From: Candidatus Omnitrophota bacterium
GTDB taxonomy: Bacteria > Omnitrophota > Gorgyraeia > Zapsychrales > Zapsychraceae
Length of the DNA stretch: 64,000 nt
NCBI GenBank assembly: GCA_035292445.1
Contig: DATDQB010000017.1
Coordinates: 55,051 to 119,050, forward strand
Direction of reading: 5' to 3'
Below are positions 39,112 to 48,313 of the stretch, piece by piece. Numbering within the stretch: the first letter of the stretch is position 1; the number at the start of each line of letters is the position of its first letter. A model generated the notes under the pieces. The model made no database searches, was not told the DNA's origin, and saw nothing but the letters and a program-made list of their open reading frames with translations. Made by a program: the position numbers and the translations under genes.

Positions 39112-41595
39112 ATGATGCGGCAATTACTTATATTAGCTTTACTATTTATATCTGTTAATTGGTCTCCATTACCGGCTTTCGCTCAAGAGGGCGACCGGGA
39201 ATTATTCCTGGTAGCTTCCAAAGCTTACGAGGACGGTTTTTATGATGTGGCCATCCGTTATATCGAGCAGCTTCTGAAAGATTATCCCAACACAGACAAA
39301 AAGATCCAGGCCAAGCTCCTTTTGGGCCAATGTTACTTTTTTAAAAGCCAATATTTGAAAGCCTATGATATCTTTAACGAATTGCTGGTATACACCGAAT
39401 TTAAGGACGCAACGCTTTTTTGGCTGGGGGAGACCTATCTTAAAGGCGCCGATTACAAACAGGCCGAGCGCCAGTACCGCGAGCTGGTCAGCTTCTATCC
39501 AACTTCCCTGTACACCCCGCAGGCCTATTATTCGCTGGGCTGGATTTATTTCGAACTAAACAACTATGCCCAAGCCAAAGAAATCTTCCAGAAACTCATC
39601 AATGATTTCCCCGACCATCCGCTAGGGGAAGACACGGCCTTTAAGATCGGCGAATGCGATTTTAATTCAAAAAATTATGAAGCTGCGATCTCTTATTTTA
39701 AGAACTTCCTTGAACGCTTTCCCAACACCACCCGCCAGGCGGAAGTGCATTTTTATATCGCCGAATCGTATTACTATCAAAACAACCCTCTTGAAGCGGT
39801 CACGTATTACGCCAAGGCAGCCGACGTCGCCTACGATAACAAACTGATCTTAATGGCCAAGGTGAGCCTCGGTTGGAGTTATCTGAAACTGGAAAAATAT
39901 CAGCTCTCCGAACAGCATTTTCAAGAAGCGTATGATTTTGCCAAAAGCAAAGGCATATTGACCGATGATGTGCTCTTGGGGCAGGCGAATTTGTATACAG
40001 AAACAAAAGAATATGAAAAAGCCCTGCAGGCGCATGACCAGCTGATCCAACAATTTCCCAACAGTCAAAGGATCGCCGACGCGTACTTAGGCAAGGCCAA
40101 CCTGCATTATCTGACGGGACAATATCCGCAGGCCATTCAAACCTATCAATCGCTCATCGAAAAGCTCAAGAACGACCCTTTGAAAAAAGAATTGCTGGAG
40201 AAGGCCTATTTTGGCCTGGCCTGGTCGCATCTTAAATCCGGCGACATTGACACCTCCATCAAAACCTTCGAGACCATCAGGACCGAAGCGAGCAACAATG
40301 TGGTGAAGATCAGCGCCCTGACGCAGATAGGCGACGCCTATCAGGACATCGGCGAATTTCAAAAGGCCATCCAGGTCTATGACCGGGTCCTCGAAGAATA
40401 CCCCAACAGCCCCTACACGGACTACGTGCAATACCGCCAAGGCATTGCCTTGTTGAAAATGGACAAGATCGATGCCGCCACGTTATCTTTCCAAAGCCTC
40501 CAGGCCAATTTTCCTAACAGTAAATACTTGACCGACATCAAATATTATCTGGCCGTGGCTTACTTCAAGAAAAACGATTGGGCCATGGCCAGCACCTATA
40601 TCAATGAATTTATTTTAAATTTGCCCAAAGATAACGAGTTTCTGGCGGAGGCCCATTATATCCTGGCTTTATCATTCTACAACCTGGAAGAATATAAAAA
40701 GGCCGAACAGGTCTTTGAAAAGATCATCAAAAATTTCCCTCAACAAAGAAACATGATCCAAAGCGCCGACATCTTTATCGCCAAATGCCAGTATAAAACA
40801 GGAGACGTCAAAGAGGCCCTGAAAAAATTCAAATTACTTATCCATACTTACCCGCAAACGGAAGTCGCCCAGGATGCCCTCCTTTGGCTGGGTGACCATT
40901 ATTTGGAAGCGGGAGAATATGATGCGGCGATCAGCCATTACCATGAATTCATCAAAGAATTCCCCGGCAGCGATAAGCTGGAGCTGGTTTATTATGAGCT
41001 GGGCCAAGCCTATCAGGCCCGTGGAGAATACGACAAGGCCATCAACATCCTCAAACAGATTCAACCCTTCAAAGACCGTGTGCTCTATGCCAAAGCGAGT
41101 TTGGCCATTGCCGATATTTTCTCTAAGGAACTGGATCCCCAATCCGCCATCGAGACGTATCAAAATATTATTGAAGGCTCTCCCGAATTCAAGCGCGACG
41201 CTTACGTGAAAATTGCCGATGTCCATAAGTCGACCAAACAGTTCTCCCAGGCCATCGAAGCCTACAGGGAAGCTTTAAAGGCCGAAAAAAAACACAGCAA
41301 GTTAAAAGACGTGGAATTGCAGTTTCAAATAGGCGATACATATGAACTGGCCAATCAGTCGGAAACAGCTATTCAGGAGTACCTAAAAATACCTTATCTC
41401 TACGTCAATGAAACGGTGTGGATCATCAAAGCGTACCTGCGCATCGCGCGGATTTTCGAAGACCATGAAAAATGGGAAGAAGCTGTACTGACGTACAAGA
41501 AAGTATTACAATACGAAACAGAAGAGCGCATCTTCGCTCAAGAGCGGTTGGATTGGATTAAAGAAAATACTTCCGCCGATATAACCAAGAATTAA
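39112..41595 (+). CDS. large secreted TPR-repeat protein (CpoB/YbgF-like repeats)
   Basis: Signal peptide MMRQLLILALLFISVNWSPLPAFAQEG, then more than 15 TPR-like units. Confidence 0.7.
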   Translation: MMRQLLILALLFISVNWSPLPAFAQEGDRELFLVASKAYEDGFYDVAIRYIEQLLKDYPNTDKKIQAKLLLGQCYFFKSQYLKAYDIFNELLVYTEFKDATLFWLGETYLKGADYKQAERQYRELVSFYPTSLYTPQAYYSLGWIYFELNNYAQAKEIFQKLINDFPDHPLGEDTAFKIGECDFNSKNYEAAISYFKNFLERFPNTTRQAEVHFYIAESYYYQNNPLEAVTYYAKAADVAYDNKLILMAKVSLGWSYLKLEKYQLSEQHFQEAYDFAKSKGILTDDVLLGQANLYTETKEYEKALQAHDQLIQQFPNSQRIADAYLGKANLHYLTGQYPQAIQTYQSLIEKLKNDPLKKELLEKAYFGLAWSHLKSGDIDTSIKTFETIRTEASNNVVKISALTQIGDAYQDIGEFQKAIQVYDRVLEEYPNSPYTDYVQYRQGIALLKMDKIDAATLSFQSLQANFPNSKYLTDIKYYLAVAYFKKNDWAMASTYINEFILNLPKDNEFLAEAHYILALSFYNLEEYKKAEQVFEKIIKNFPQQRNMIQSADIFIAKCQYKTGDVKEALKKFKLLIHTYPQTEVAQDALLWLGDHYLEAGEYDAAISHYHEFIKEFPGSDKLELVYYELGQAYQARGEYDKAINILKQIQPFKDRVLYAKASLAIADIFSKELDPQSAIETYQNIIEGSPEFKRDAYVKIADVHKSTKQFSQAIEAYREALKAEKKHSKLKDVELQFQIGDTYELANQSETAIQEYLKIPYLYVNETVWIIKAYLRIARIFEDHEKWEEAVLTYKKVLQYETEERIFAQERLDWIKENTSADITKN

Positions 41596-41623
41596 TCCGT
41601 AGAAAATATAAGGAGGAAGCCTC

Positions 41624-42277
41624 ATGGGTGGTATCTGGGAGATGAACGCATGGCATCTGATCAAAATTGGCGGCCCCATCATGGCCCCCATTCTGCTATG
41701 CTCGCTGTTTGCGTTGGGGATCGTCATCGAAAAACTGATTTATTTCGCTTCCATCAAAACAAACGTCCCTCAGCTCAAACAACAAGTCTTTGAGCTGGTG
41801 AAGAACAACAATATCAAAGAAGCGGTCCAGTTATGCGACCAGCATCACTCGCCCGTGGCCAAAATCCTTCGGGCCGGCCTGATTAAATACGGCTCTGCCC
41901 GGGAGGACATCAAAGAAAACATAGAAGATGTGAGCCTCTTTGAGGTTCCAAAACTGGAAAGCCGATTGAGCGCCCTGGCTACGATCGCGCATATTTCCCC
42001 GCTATTAGGTTTATTGGGAACTGTCACCGGCATGACCGCCAGTTTTCATACCATTCAAGTGCGGGCCGCCTCATTAAATCCGGTGACCCCGGGGGATTTG
42101 GCGGGAGGTATTGGAGAGGCCTTGATAACGACGGTGGCGGGTTTGATGGTTGCTATTCCGACCTTTGTCGCCTATAACTATTTTGTCAACCGCATCAATC
42201 ATTACGTCTTGGAAATGGAACGGGCCGCCACGGAACTGGTCAATTTTATGTGCCAAATTAGCGAAACGGGCAACTAA
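41624..42277 (+). CDS. MotA/TolQ/ExbB proton-channel family protein
   Basis: 217 aa with three TM segments and conserved ..LLGLLGTVTGM.. Confidence 0.85.
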   Translation: MGGIWEMNAWHLIKIGGPIMAPILLCSLFALGIVIEKLIYFASIKTNVPQLKQQVFELVKNNNIKEAVQLCDQHHSPVAKILRAGLIKYGSAREDIKENIEDVSLFEVPKLESRLSALATIAHISPLLGLLGTVTGMTASFHTIQVRAASLNPVTPGDLAGGIGEALITTVAGLMVAIPTFVAYNYFVNRINHYVLEMERAATELVNFMCQISETGN

Positions 42278-42287
42278 GAGGCCGCTG

Positions 42288-42692
42288 GTGAGATTCAAAA
42301 GACGCACAAAATTAGAATACGGGCTGGAGCAAATCGACATCGCCCCTATGATCGATGTCATTTTCCTGCTGCTTATTTTCTTTATGCTCTCATCGTCATT
42401 TACCTTTGAATCGGGCATCAATGTCAAACTGCCTAAAGCCGTCACCAGCGATGTGATCAAAGAAGAAAATTTTATCATTACGATCACGGGGGAAGATGTG
42501 ATCTATCTCAATGATAAGATCACGACGATTAAAGACTTAAAGAAAATCCTAGAAGGCGCTAAGGACAAAACACGCCCCATCCTGATCAAGGCCGACCGAA
42601 GGGCATCCGTTGGCCGGATCGTCGATGTTTGGGACCTCTGCAGGAATTTAGGCATTGAAAAGGTCAATATTGCCACCAACCAAGAAAATTAA
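42288..42692 (+). CDS. ExbD/TolR biopolymer transport protein
   Basis: GTG start; ..IDIAPMIDVIFLLLIFFM.. TM helix plus a periplasmic domain. Confidence 0.8.
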   Translation: MRFKRRTKLEYGLEQIDIAPMIDVIFLLLIFFMLSSSFTFESGINVKLPKAVTSDVIKEENFIITITGEDVIYLNDKITTIKDLKKILEGAKDKTRPILIKADRRASVGRIVDVWDLCRNLGIEKVNIATNQEN

Positions 42693-43132
42693 TGAATGTC
42701 CCGCTATTCAATATTAAAAATTTACCCAGCAAGTCTTTTCTTTTATCCACCCTCATTCATGCTTGCGTTTTCAACACCTTTATCATTGTCTGGCCGCTCC
42801 TTCCCGAAGCTCACAAGCCCAATATCATTTTTTTAGGTTCAATTTTACAGGCATCGGACATATTGATGCAAACCCTTCCACCCAGTCAGCAAAACGGCAA
42901 ACCACCAAGCGGCATTTTTTTTTCCGCGCCGCAAAAAAATTTATTTGAATCTGGATTAGAAAAGCCCGTTGCCAAAAAAGATTATACGCCCCAGCAGAAA
43001 AAAACCCTTAAATCCACCTACGAAGACACTGAGCAAGAAGAGCAAGGAAAGCAAGAAATACCGCTCAAAGACATCACCATTAACACGCATCTTGAACCGT
43101 ATAAACCGCTACGGTTAAAAACGCATGATTAA
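42692..43132 (+). CDS. TonB/TolA-like N-domain-only protein (TM helix with S-x3-H motif plus a Pro/Lys/Glu-rich spacer; no C-terminal TonB domain)
   Basis: ..LLSTLIHACVF.. then PPSQQNGKPPSG and a charged tail; 146 aa. Confidence 0.5.
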   Translation: MNVPLFNIKNLPSKSFLLSTLIHACVFNTFIIVWPLLPEAHKPNIIFLGSILQASDILMQTLPPSQQNGKPPSGIFFSAPQKNLFESGLEKPVAKKDYTPQQKKTLKSTYEDTEQEEQGKQEIPLKDITINTHLEPYKPLRLKTHD

Positions 43133-43391
43133 AATTGATTTGATTTTAGCGGTGGCCATTTATTGCTCCCTAAGCATCCTTCTTGTATTCGTGTTATGGG
43201 TATTCTATAATTATAATAAAGAAAAGCTCATCGGTAACGATTCGCTTCATTTGGAACAGTGCAATTTTTGTACCCATATTTTTTTTAATTACTTGGATAA
43301 AGAAATCGTCATATGCCCGTTATGTAAAAGTTATGTCCACACCGAAGGAGCCGCCGCAAAGAAGAATCACACGAAAGAGGGAAGAGGTTAA
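43125..43391 (+). CDS. small membrane-anchored zinc-ribbon protein
   Basis: N-terminal TM helix, then CNFC-x17-CPLC. Confidence 0.5.
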   Translation: MIKIDLILAVAIYCSLSILLVFVLWVFYNYNKEKLIGNDSLHLEQCNFCTHIFFNYLDKEIVICPLCKSYVHTEGAAAKKNHTKEGRG

Positions 43392-43393
43392 TC

Positions 43394-43729
43394 ATGCTGA
43401 AAACCTTGCAGCGTAATGAGAATGGTATTGTCTTCGTGGCCGTTTTGATGATAATCGTTGTAATGATGGCCGTAACCGTCGGCATTATTGGCTTAAACGT
43501 GAGCCAAGTCACTTTCGCTGAGCAAGAAATCAAAAGAATTAAGGCCGAGCTTCTGGCTGTAGGCGCTTTGGCCTATACCTTTGCCAACCAAACCACCACC
43601 TCCGCCGCCAGTTCCATCACGCTCTCCGAGACCTTAGATGGCATTAGTTATCAGATAGACGCCGACATCACTAGCCCCGGCACAGGCCCCAACGGCTCCA
43701 GCCCTCTGACCATCGTTGTAGACTATTAA
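43394..43729 (+). CDS. PilX-like type IV pilus minor protein (PilX_N domain)
   Basis: ..LQRNENGIVFVAVLMIIVVMMAV.. matches the PilX N-terminal consensus. Confidence 0.55.
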   Translation: MLKTLQRNENGIVFVAVLMIIVVMMAVTVGIIGLNVSQVTFAEQEIKRIKAELLAVGALAYTFANQTTTSAASSITLSETLDGISYQIDADITSPGTGPNGSSPLTIVVDY

Positions 43730-43788
43730 AAAGACGGCTTAGAGCTACATCAATTCTGGACCCTTTCAGCAAATAATCTCTTAAGCGA

Positions 43789-43817
43789 TTGACAAGGTAA
43801 GTTCATTATAGTTTAAT
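43789..43817 (+). promoter_or_regulatory. candidate promoter TTGACA-N17-TTTAAT, followed by an AGATAA-N8-TTATCT inverted repeat (43825-43844)
   Basis: Direct reading; AT-rich 160-nt intergenic region. Confidence 0.35.
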
Positions 43818-43889
43818 GAAGTTTAGATAAAAATATTATTATCTTAAATATTTGATTGGTTTTTGTAACTGAAAAAGGGGCAAGGGGAT

Positions 43890-44072
43890 ATGAAAAATCT
43901 GCTTGATGTGGACGATCTCGCCAGTTACTTAAAACTAAGAAAACAAACCATTTACAACTGGTTAAATCAACGAAAGATTTCGGGAATGAAAATCGGTGGT
44001 GTCTGGCGTTTCGACAAATCCGAAATCGATAAGTGGCTCAGGTCAAAAGCGCGAAAAGTGAGCAATCAATAA
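43890..44072 (+). CDS. excisionase/MerR-like helix-turn-helix DNA-binding protein
   Basis: 60 aa with ..LKLRKQTIYNWLNQRKISGMKIGGVWRF.. Confidence 0.65.
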   Translation: MKNLLDVDDLASYLKLRKQTIYNWLNQRKISGMKIGGVWRFDKSEIDKWLRSKARKVSNQ

Positions 44073-44075
44073 GCC

Positions 44076-45644
44076 ATGGCCGATGTCAAGAAAAAACAAT
44101 TAGGCATCTTCTGGGATTATCAAGGTTTATATTTTGTGGAAACCGAACAAGCCCAGGCAAAAAAAATCATTTCCATTCCTATAGCGGCTGAAATTCTCAA
44201 GAAGGCCGAAAACAACCCCTTGTCGCCTGATGGATCAAAAGTCATTACCACCATCCAGGATATATTAAGAAAAAATAAAATGACCAACAACGTGGTCCAT
44301 TTGTCTTTACCTTCGCGTGATATCATTTTTCGTTCCTTCCTCATCCCCTGGATGCAATCCAAAGAAATCAAAAGCGTAGTCGAGTTTGAAGCGACCAAAT
44401 ATATCCCTTTTACGCTCAAAGAATTAGCCTATTCATATCACGCCATGAATTTGATGGAAGGGAGCGCCCGGCGGTTACGGGTTGTTTTTGTTGCTATTAA
44501 GAAAGACACCCTGAGCCGCTATACCAAGCTCCTGGACGAAGCCGCCTTAAATGTCCAATTGGCCGAGCCGGCCCCTTTAAGTTTGATCCGCAGCCTAGTC
44601 CACAAAGAACGCCTTCAAACCAATCAAACCACCGCCATCATCGATAAAAGGGAAAAGATCGGAAAAATTGTCATCGTACAGGGAAATACGCCTCTGTTTG
44701 TCCGCGAATTCCCTTTGATGATTTCTTCCAATCCGGCTCTTGACGCCAGTGTCGAGGCGGCGGAACTTCTGCGGCTAACCAATGAAGTGCGCATTTCTTT
44801 GGACTATTTTAACCGTCAGGAAAAAAGCGTTAAAGTGGAAAAAATCATCTTCTTAAGCCCTAATGAACAAAATGAATTTGCCAAAGCATTGGAAGAAGAT
44901 TTGGAGATGTCTATGGAGATTATCAGCTGTTCCTCCATCTTGAATAATGACGAAATCAAAGACACGCATTTTATTAACGCCTATGGGGCCGGTCTGAAAA
45001 ATGACGTGAACCTGGAGATTAACTTCGATCTGTCTAAGGATAAACCTCAAACAGTCAGCATTTCACGCCAAACGTTCCAAAAGAACTTCAACATTAAAGA
45101 AGTCCTCCCAACAGCATTCACTTGTTTGCTGATTTCTTTCCTGGCTATCGGTTCATCGAAATTCTTTATAAACAAACAAAAAAATGAGTTAACAAACTTA
45201 TATCAGAGACTTGGGCCCTCAAAAGATATTTCTATCGATATGTTGAATTCTGGTAATGATGGCCTCCAAAAAAAACTTAATGCTTATAAAAGCATTCGTT
45301 TGAAAAGTGACATCACTTTCTTCCTAGCCGCGATCGCTCAACTACTCCCCGAGGGGGCTTGGGTCAACGGCGTCAACTTTTCCATTCAAGATATTCCGCA
45401 ACCACCAAGCACCGACCCACAAACCGCTGCGCCAAAACCGGCGTTCAAAACGACCATGGAACTTACGGGCTTGGCCTATTCGCCACAAAAGAAAGATCAA
45501 TTTCAACAAATCAACAGCCTTCTTCAAGCAATAAAGGACAACGAAAGATTTAATGAATATTTCCCAGATATTAAACTTGAAGATGTTCGTTCACAATTTG
45601 TCGAAGGATATGAAGTCACGGCATTTATAATAAGGTTTCAATAA
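44076..45644 (+). CDS. type IV pilus assembly PilM-PilN fusion protein
   Basis: N-terminal ~330 aa is an actin-like PilM. The C-terminal ~190 aa has a TM helix plus a PilN-like periplasmic domain. Confidence 0.65.
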   Translation: MADVKKKQLGIFWDYQGLYFVETEQAQAKKIISIPIAAEILKKAENNPLSPDGSKVITTIQDILRKNKMTNNVVHLSLPSRDIIFRSFLIPWMQSKEIKSVVEFEATKYIPFTLKELAYSYHAMNLMEGSARRLRVVFVAIKKDTLSRYTKLLDEAALNVQLAEPAPLSLIRSLVHKERLQTNQTTAIIDKREKIGKIVIVQGNTPLFVREFPLMISSNPALDASVEAAELLRLTNEVRISLDYFNRQEKSVKVEKIIFLSPNEQNEFAKALEEDLEMSMEIISCSSILNNDEIKDTHFINAYGAGLKNDVNLEINFDLSKDKPQTVSISRQTFQKNFNIKEVLPTAFTCLLISFLAIGSSKFFINKQKNELTNLYQRLGPSKDISIDMLNSGNDGLQKKLNAYKSIRLKSDITFFLAAIAQLLPEGAWVNGVNFSIQDIPQPPSTDPQTAAPKPAFKTTMELTGLAYSPQKKDQFQQINSLLQAIKDNERFNEYFPDIKLEDVRSQFVEGYEVTAFIIRFQ

Positions 45645-45648
45645 AGCC

Positions 45649-46290
45649 ATGGACATCCGAAAAGCCATAGAAAAACTCAACAGCATCGATGCCAAAGATT
45701 TCAAGAACATCGATTTCTCAAAATTAAAAGAATTCGACTTGGCGCGCATCAAAGAAGAGCTGGTTACAAAACCCAAATTGCTCATCAATACCATTTTTAT
45801 CTTTACGGCCATCGCCACCGCCATTCATAGCCTTTCAGGTTATCAACTAGAGGGGCGTACAACCAAAACGGAAGTAACTGAAATGAAGCAGCGGCTCAAC
45901 ATCCTTGAGCAGAACAGCGCCTTACAGGCGGAATATAACCAATTTTTGGCTGATTTTCCCGAATCCATCCCCAACAATCAAATGATCGGGAAGATTTCGG
46001 AATTTGCCGAGGCCTCCCATGTCAATATCATTTCGTTTTCGCCAACACAACCGTCACAACCACAAGAAACCGAATATACTTTAGAGTATGTTATCAGCTT
46101 AAACGTGAGCGTCCAATCTTATCAAGACCTGGTGGATTTTGTCCATGCTCTTGAAACATCAAATTACGTTTTGCGCATCGATAAATGGAACATCCACCCA
46201 CAAAGGACAATTGAATCAAAAAAAGGAAAAGGGGAGGTTCCTTTAGACGTGCACATGGAAATCATTTCCATCCATTTAAAAGATGTCTAA
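45649..46290 (+). CDS. type IV pilus assembly protein PilO-like
   Basis: 213 aa with one TM helix, a coiled coil and a periplasmic domain; sits in pilM-Q order. Confidence 0.6.
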   Translation: MDIRKAIEKLNSIDAKDFKNIDFSKLKEFDLARIKEELVTKPKLLINTIFIFTAIATAIHSLSGYQLEGRTTKTEVTEMKQRLNILEQNSALQAEYNQFLADFPESIPNNQMIGKISEFAEASHVNIISFSPTQPSQPQETEYTLEYVISLNVSVQSYQDLVDFVHALETSNYVLRIDKWNIHPQRTIESKKGKGEVPLDVHMEIISIHLKDV

Positions 46291-46816
46291 ACATTATCGT
46301 TCATGGCTTATTATTGGCTTAAGTTGCGTGCTGGTGCCTTGGGTTTTGGCCCAAGAAGAACCGCTGACTAAAATTTCACCAAAGAAAGAAGAAAATGCCC
46401 CTCAGATAAAACGCAATCCATTTACCTCTCAAATACCTGTCAAAGAAGAGATTACAGTGACGGAAGGAATAAAAAATGAAGATATCGAAATTGTCGAGGA
46501 AATACCGAAACCCATTACCGATATCATCCCCAACATGCCCGTGCAACCTATTGAGGTAAAGGTGAGTACTCCCAAACTAAACATTACCGGCCTTATCTGG
46601 AACTCAGACAGGCCTCAAGCCATCGTCAACGGCAACATTGTCGGGGTGGGGGATCGCCTTTTCGGCGTCCCATCGGATTCAGGGGAAGTGATCCCTGAAA
46701 TAACAATCGAAGACATTACCAATGAAGGCTTATTGGTGTCTTTCGCCAGTAAAACCATTGTCCTTAGACCTGTAATCGAAGAAACGCCTCAAGCAAAAAA
46801 GGAGAAAAAAAGATGA
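46283..46816 (+). CDS. type IV pilus assembly lipoprotein PilP-like
   Basis: Signal peptide plus a C-terminal beta domain; overlaps its neighbours. Confidence 0.55.
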   Translation: MSKHYRSWLIIGLSCVLVPWVLAQEEPLTKISPKKEENAPQIKRNPFTSQIPVKEEITVTEGIKNEDIEIVEEIPKPITDIIPNMPVQPIEVKVSTPKLNITGLIWNSDRPQAIVNGNIVGVGDRLFGVPSDSGEVIPEITIEDITNEGLLVSFASKTIVLRPVIEETPQAKKEKKR

Positions 46817-48309
46817 TAAGAAGATTAGTGACCATATTGAACGGGCTTGTGTTTCTAAGTTTTTGTCTAACAAGCTGCCCCTTGCACGCCGCCGATCTGA
46901 CCTTCGTGGACGAATACTTGTCCCCAGAGCTCTCCAAAAAGGTTTCCATGGATTTTCAAAACGCACAGCTGAATAACGTTTTAAAAATCCTGTCGCAGCA
47001 ATCGGGGATGAATTTCGTCGCCTCCGACACAATCGCCAATAAAGAAATCAACCTTTATTTGGACAATGTGCCCGTTTGGGAAGCGCTGGAGAGGATTCTC
47101 GAGGCCAACAGCCTCACCTACGAAGTGCGGCCCGGAAGCAACATTTTCATGGTGAAGGAGCTGAAGAAGGCAACCAAAGATTTGATCTCCCGCATCTACC
47201 AGTTGAACCACGCCACCGTTCCTTCTCATCTTCTCAATTCAACACTAACTTTTGATGAATCCCTCGGGTCCGATTCGTCCAGCTCATCCAGCGATTCTTC
47301 ATCGACGTCAGAAGATGCAGAGGGGATTGTGGCAGCCGTCAAAATGGTCTTATCAGAAGACGGCTCCGTTGTTGAAGACAGAAGAACCAATAGCCTCATT
47401 GTCACGGACTATCCGAGCCAATTTTCCCTGATTGAACAAACCATCGCCCGGCTGGATGTTCGCATCCCGCAAATACTGATCGAAGCTGAAATGCTGGACA
47501 TCACCAAAAACACAGCTGATTTATTGGGGGCCAAATTCAGCGGAGAGTTCTTCAAGCTGACCCAGGGCTCTTCAAAACAGGTCATATTTCCTTTCGATGA
47601 CAAAGATAACTCGCTCCCAGGGGGCCTCAACACATATCCGGACCTCAGTCTGGCCTCTTTTAAAGGTTTCAACGTTCTCATCCAATTCTTACGGACACAA
47701 ACAGACACCAAAAACCTTGCCAGGCCGCGTATCCTGACTCTTAATAACCAAACAGCCACCATTGCTATTAAAACAGATGAAGCCGTCGGAATTGAACAGA
47801 ATTCATCAGGAATTGGAGGATCGGAGTCTCAAACGATTGAGGCCGAACGGACAGAAACCGGCGTATTCCTAAAAGTGACCCCTTACGCAAATATCTACTC
47901 GCGTGAGATTACGATGGCCGTGGAACCGAAAGTCATTCAAGCCAGAACGGGAGCCACGTTTTCTGGCCAAAGCTTCAAAGACCCGGAAGAAAGAGGCTCA
48001 AAGAGTATCTTGCGTATCATGGATGGAGATACTATCATTATAGGAGGACTTTTGAGAACAGATATTACCGACATACGAACGAGCGTTCCGGTTATCAGCA
48101 AAATCCCTATTGTAGGCGCTGCTTTTCGCCACAAAGATAAAAAGGAAGATCAACGAGAGCTCATCGTCTTTTTAACGCCGCACATCGTGAAAGAGCATTT
48201 GGTTTCCAACGATCGGGACAAAGAGAGAAGCTTTGCCAGAGAACAAGACGCTCCGTCAGGATCCCGCTGGCAAACGATCAACGACAACCTTTCATTAATG
48301 GGCCGATAA
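46813..48309 (+). CDS. pilQ: type IV pilus secretin
   Basis: Secretin C-terminal domain (..IIIGGLL.., ..LIVFLTPHIV..). Confidence 0.85.
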   Translation: MIRRLVTILNGLVFLSFCLTSCPLHAADLTFVDEYLSPELSKKVSMDFQNAQLNNVLKILSQQSGMNFVASDTIANKEINLYLDNVPVWEALERILEANSLTYEVRPGSNIFMVKELKKATKDLISRIYQLNHATVPSHLLNSTLTFDESLGSDSSSSSSDSSSTSEDAEGIVAAVKMVLSEDGSVVEDRRTNSLIVTDYPSQFSLIEQTIARLDVRIPQILIEAEMLDITKNTADLLGAKFSGEFFKLTQGSSKQVIFPFDDKDNSLPGGLNTYPDLSLASFKGFNVLIQFLRTQTDTKNLARPRILTLNNQTATIAIKTDEAVGIEQNSSGIGGSESQTIEAERTETGVFLKVTPYANIYSREITMAVEPKVIQARTGATFSGQSFKDPEERGSKSILRIMDGDTIIIGGLLRTDITDIRTSVPVISKIPIVGAAFRHKDKKEDQRELIVFLTPHIVKEHLVSNDRDKERSFAREQDAPSGSRWQTINDNLSLMGR

Positions 48310-48313
48310 CGGT

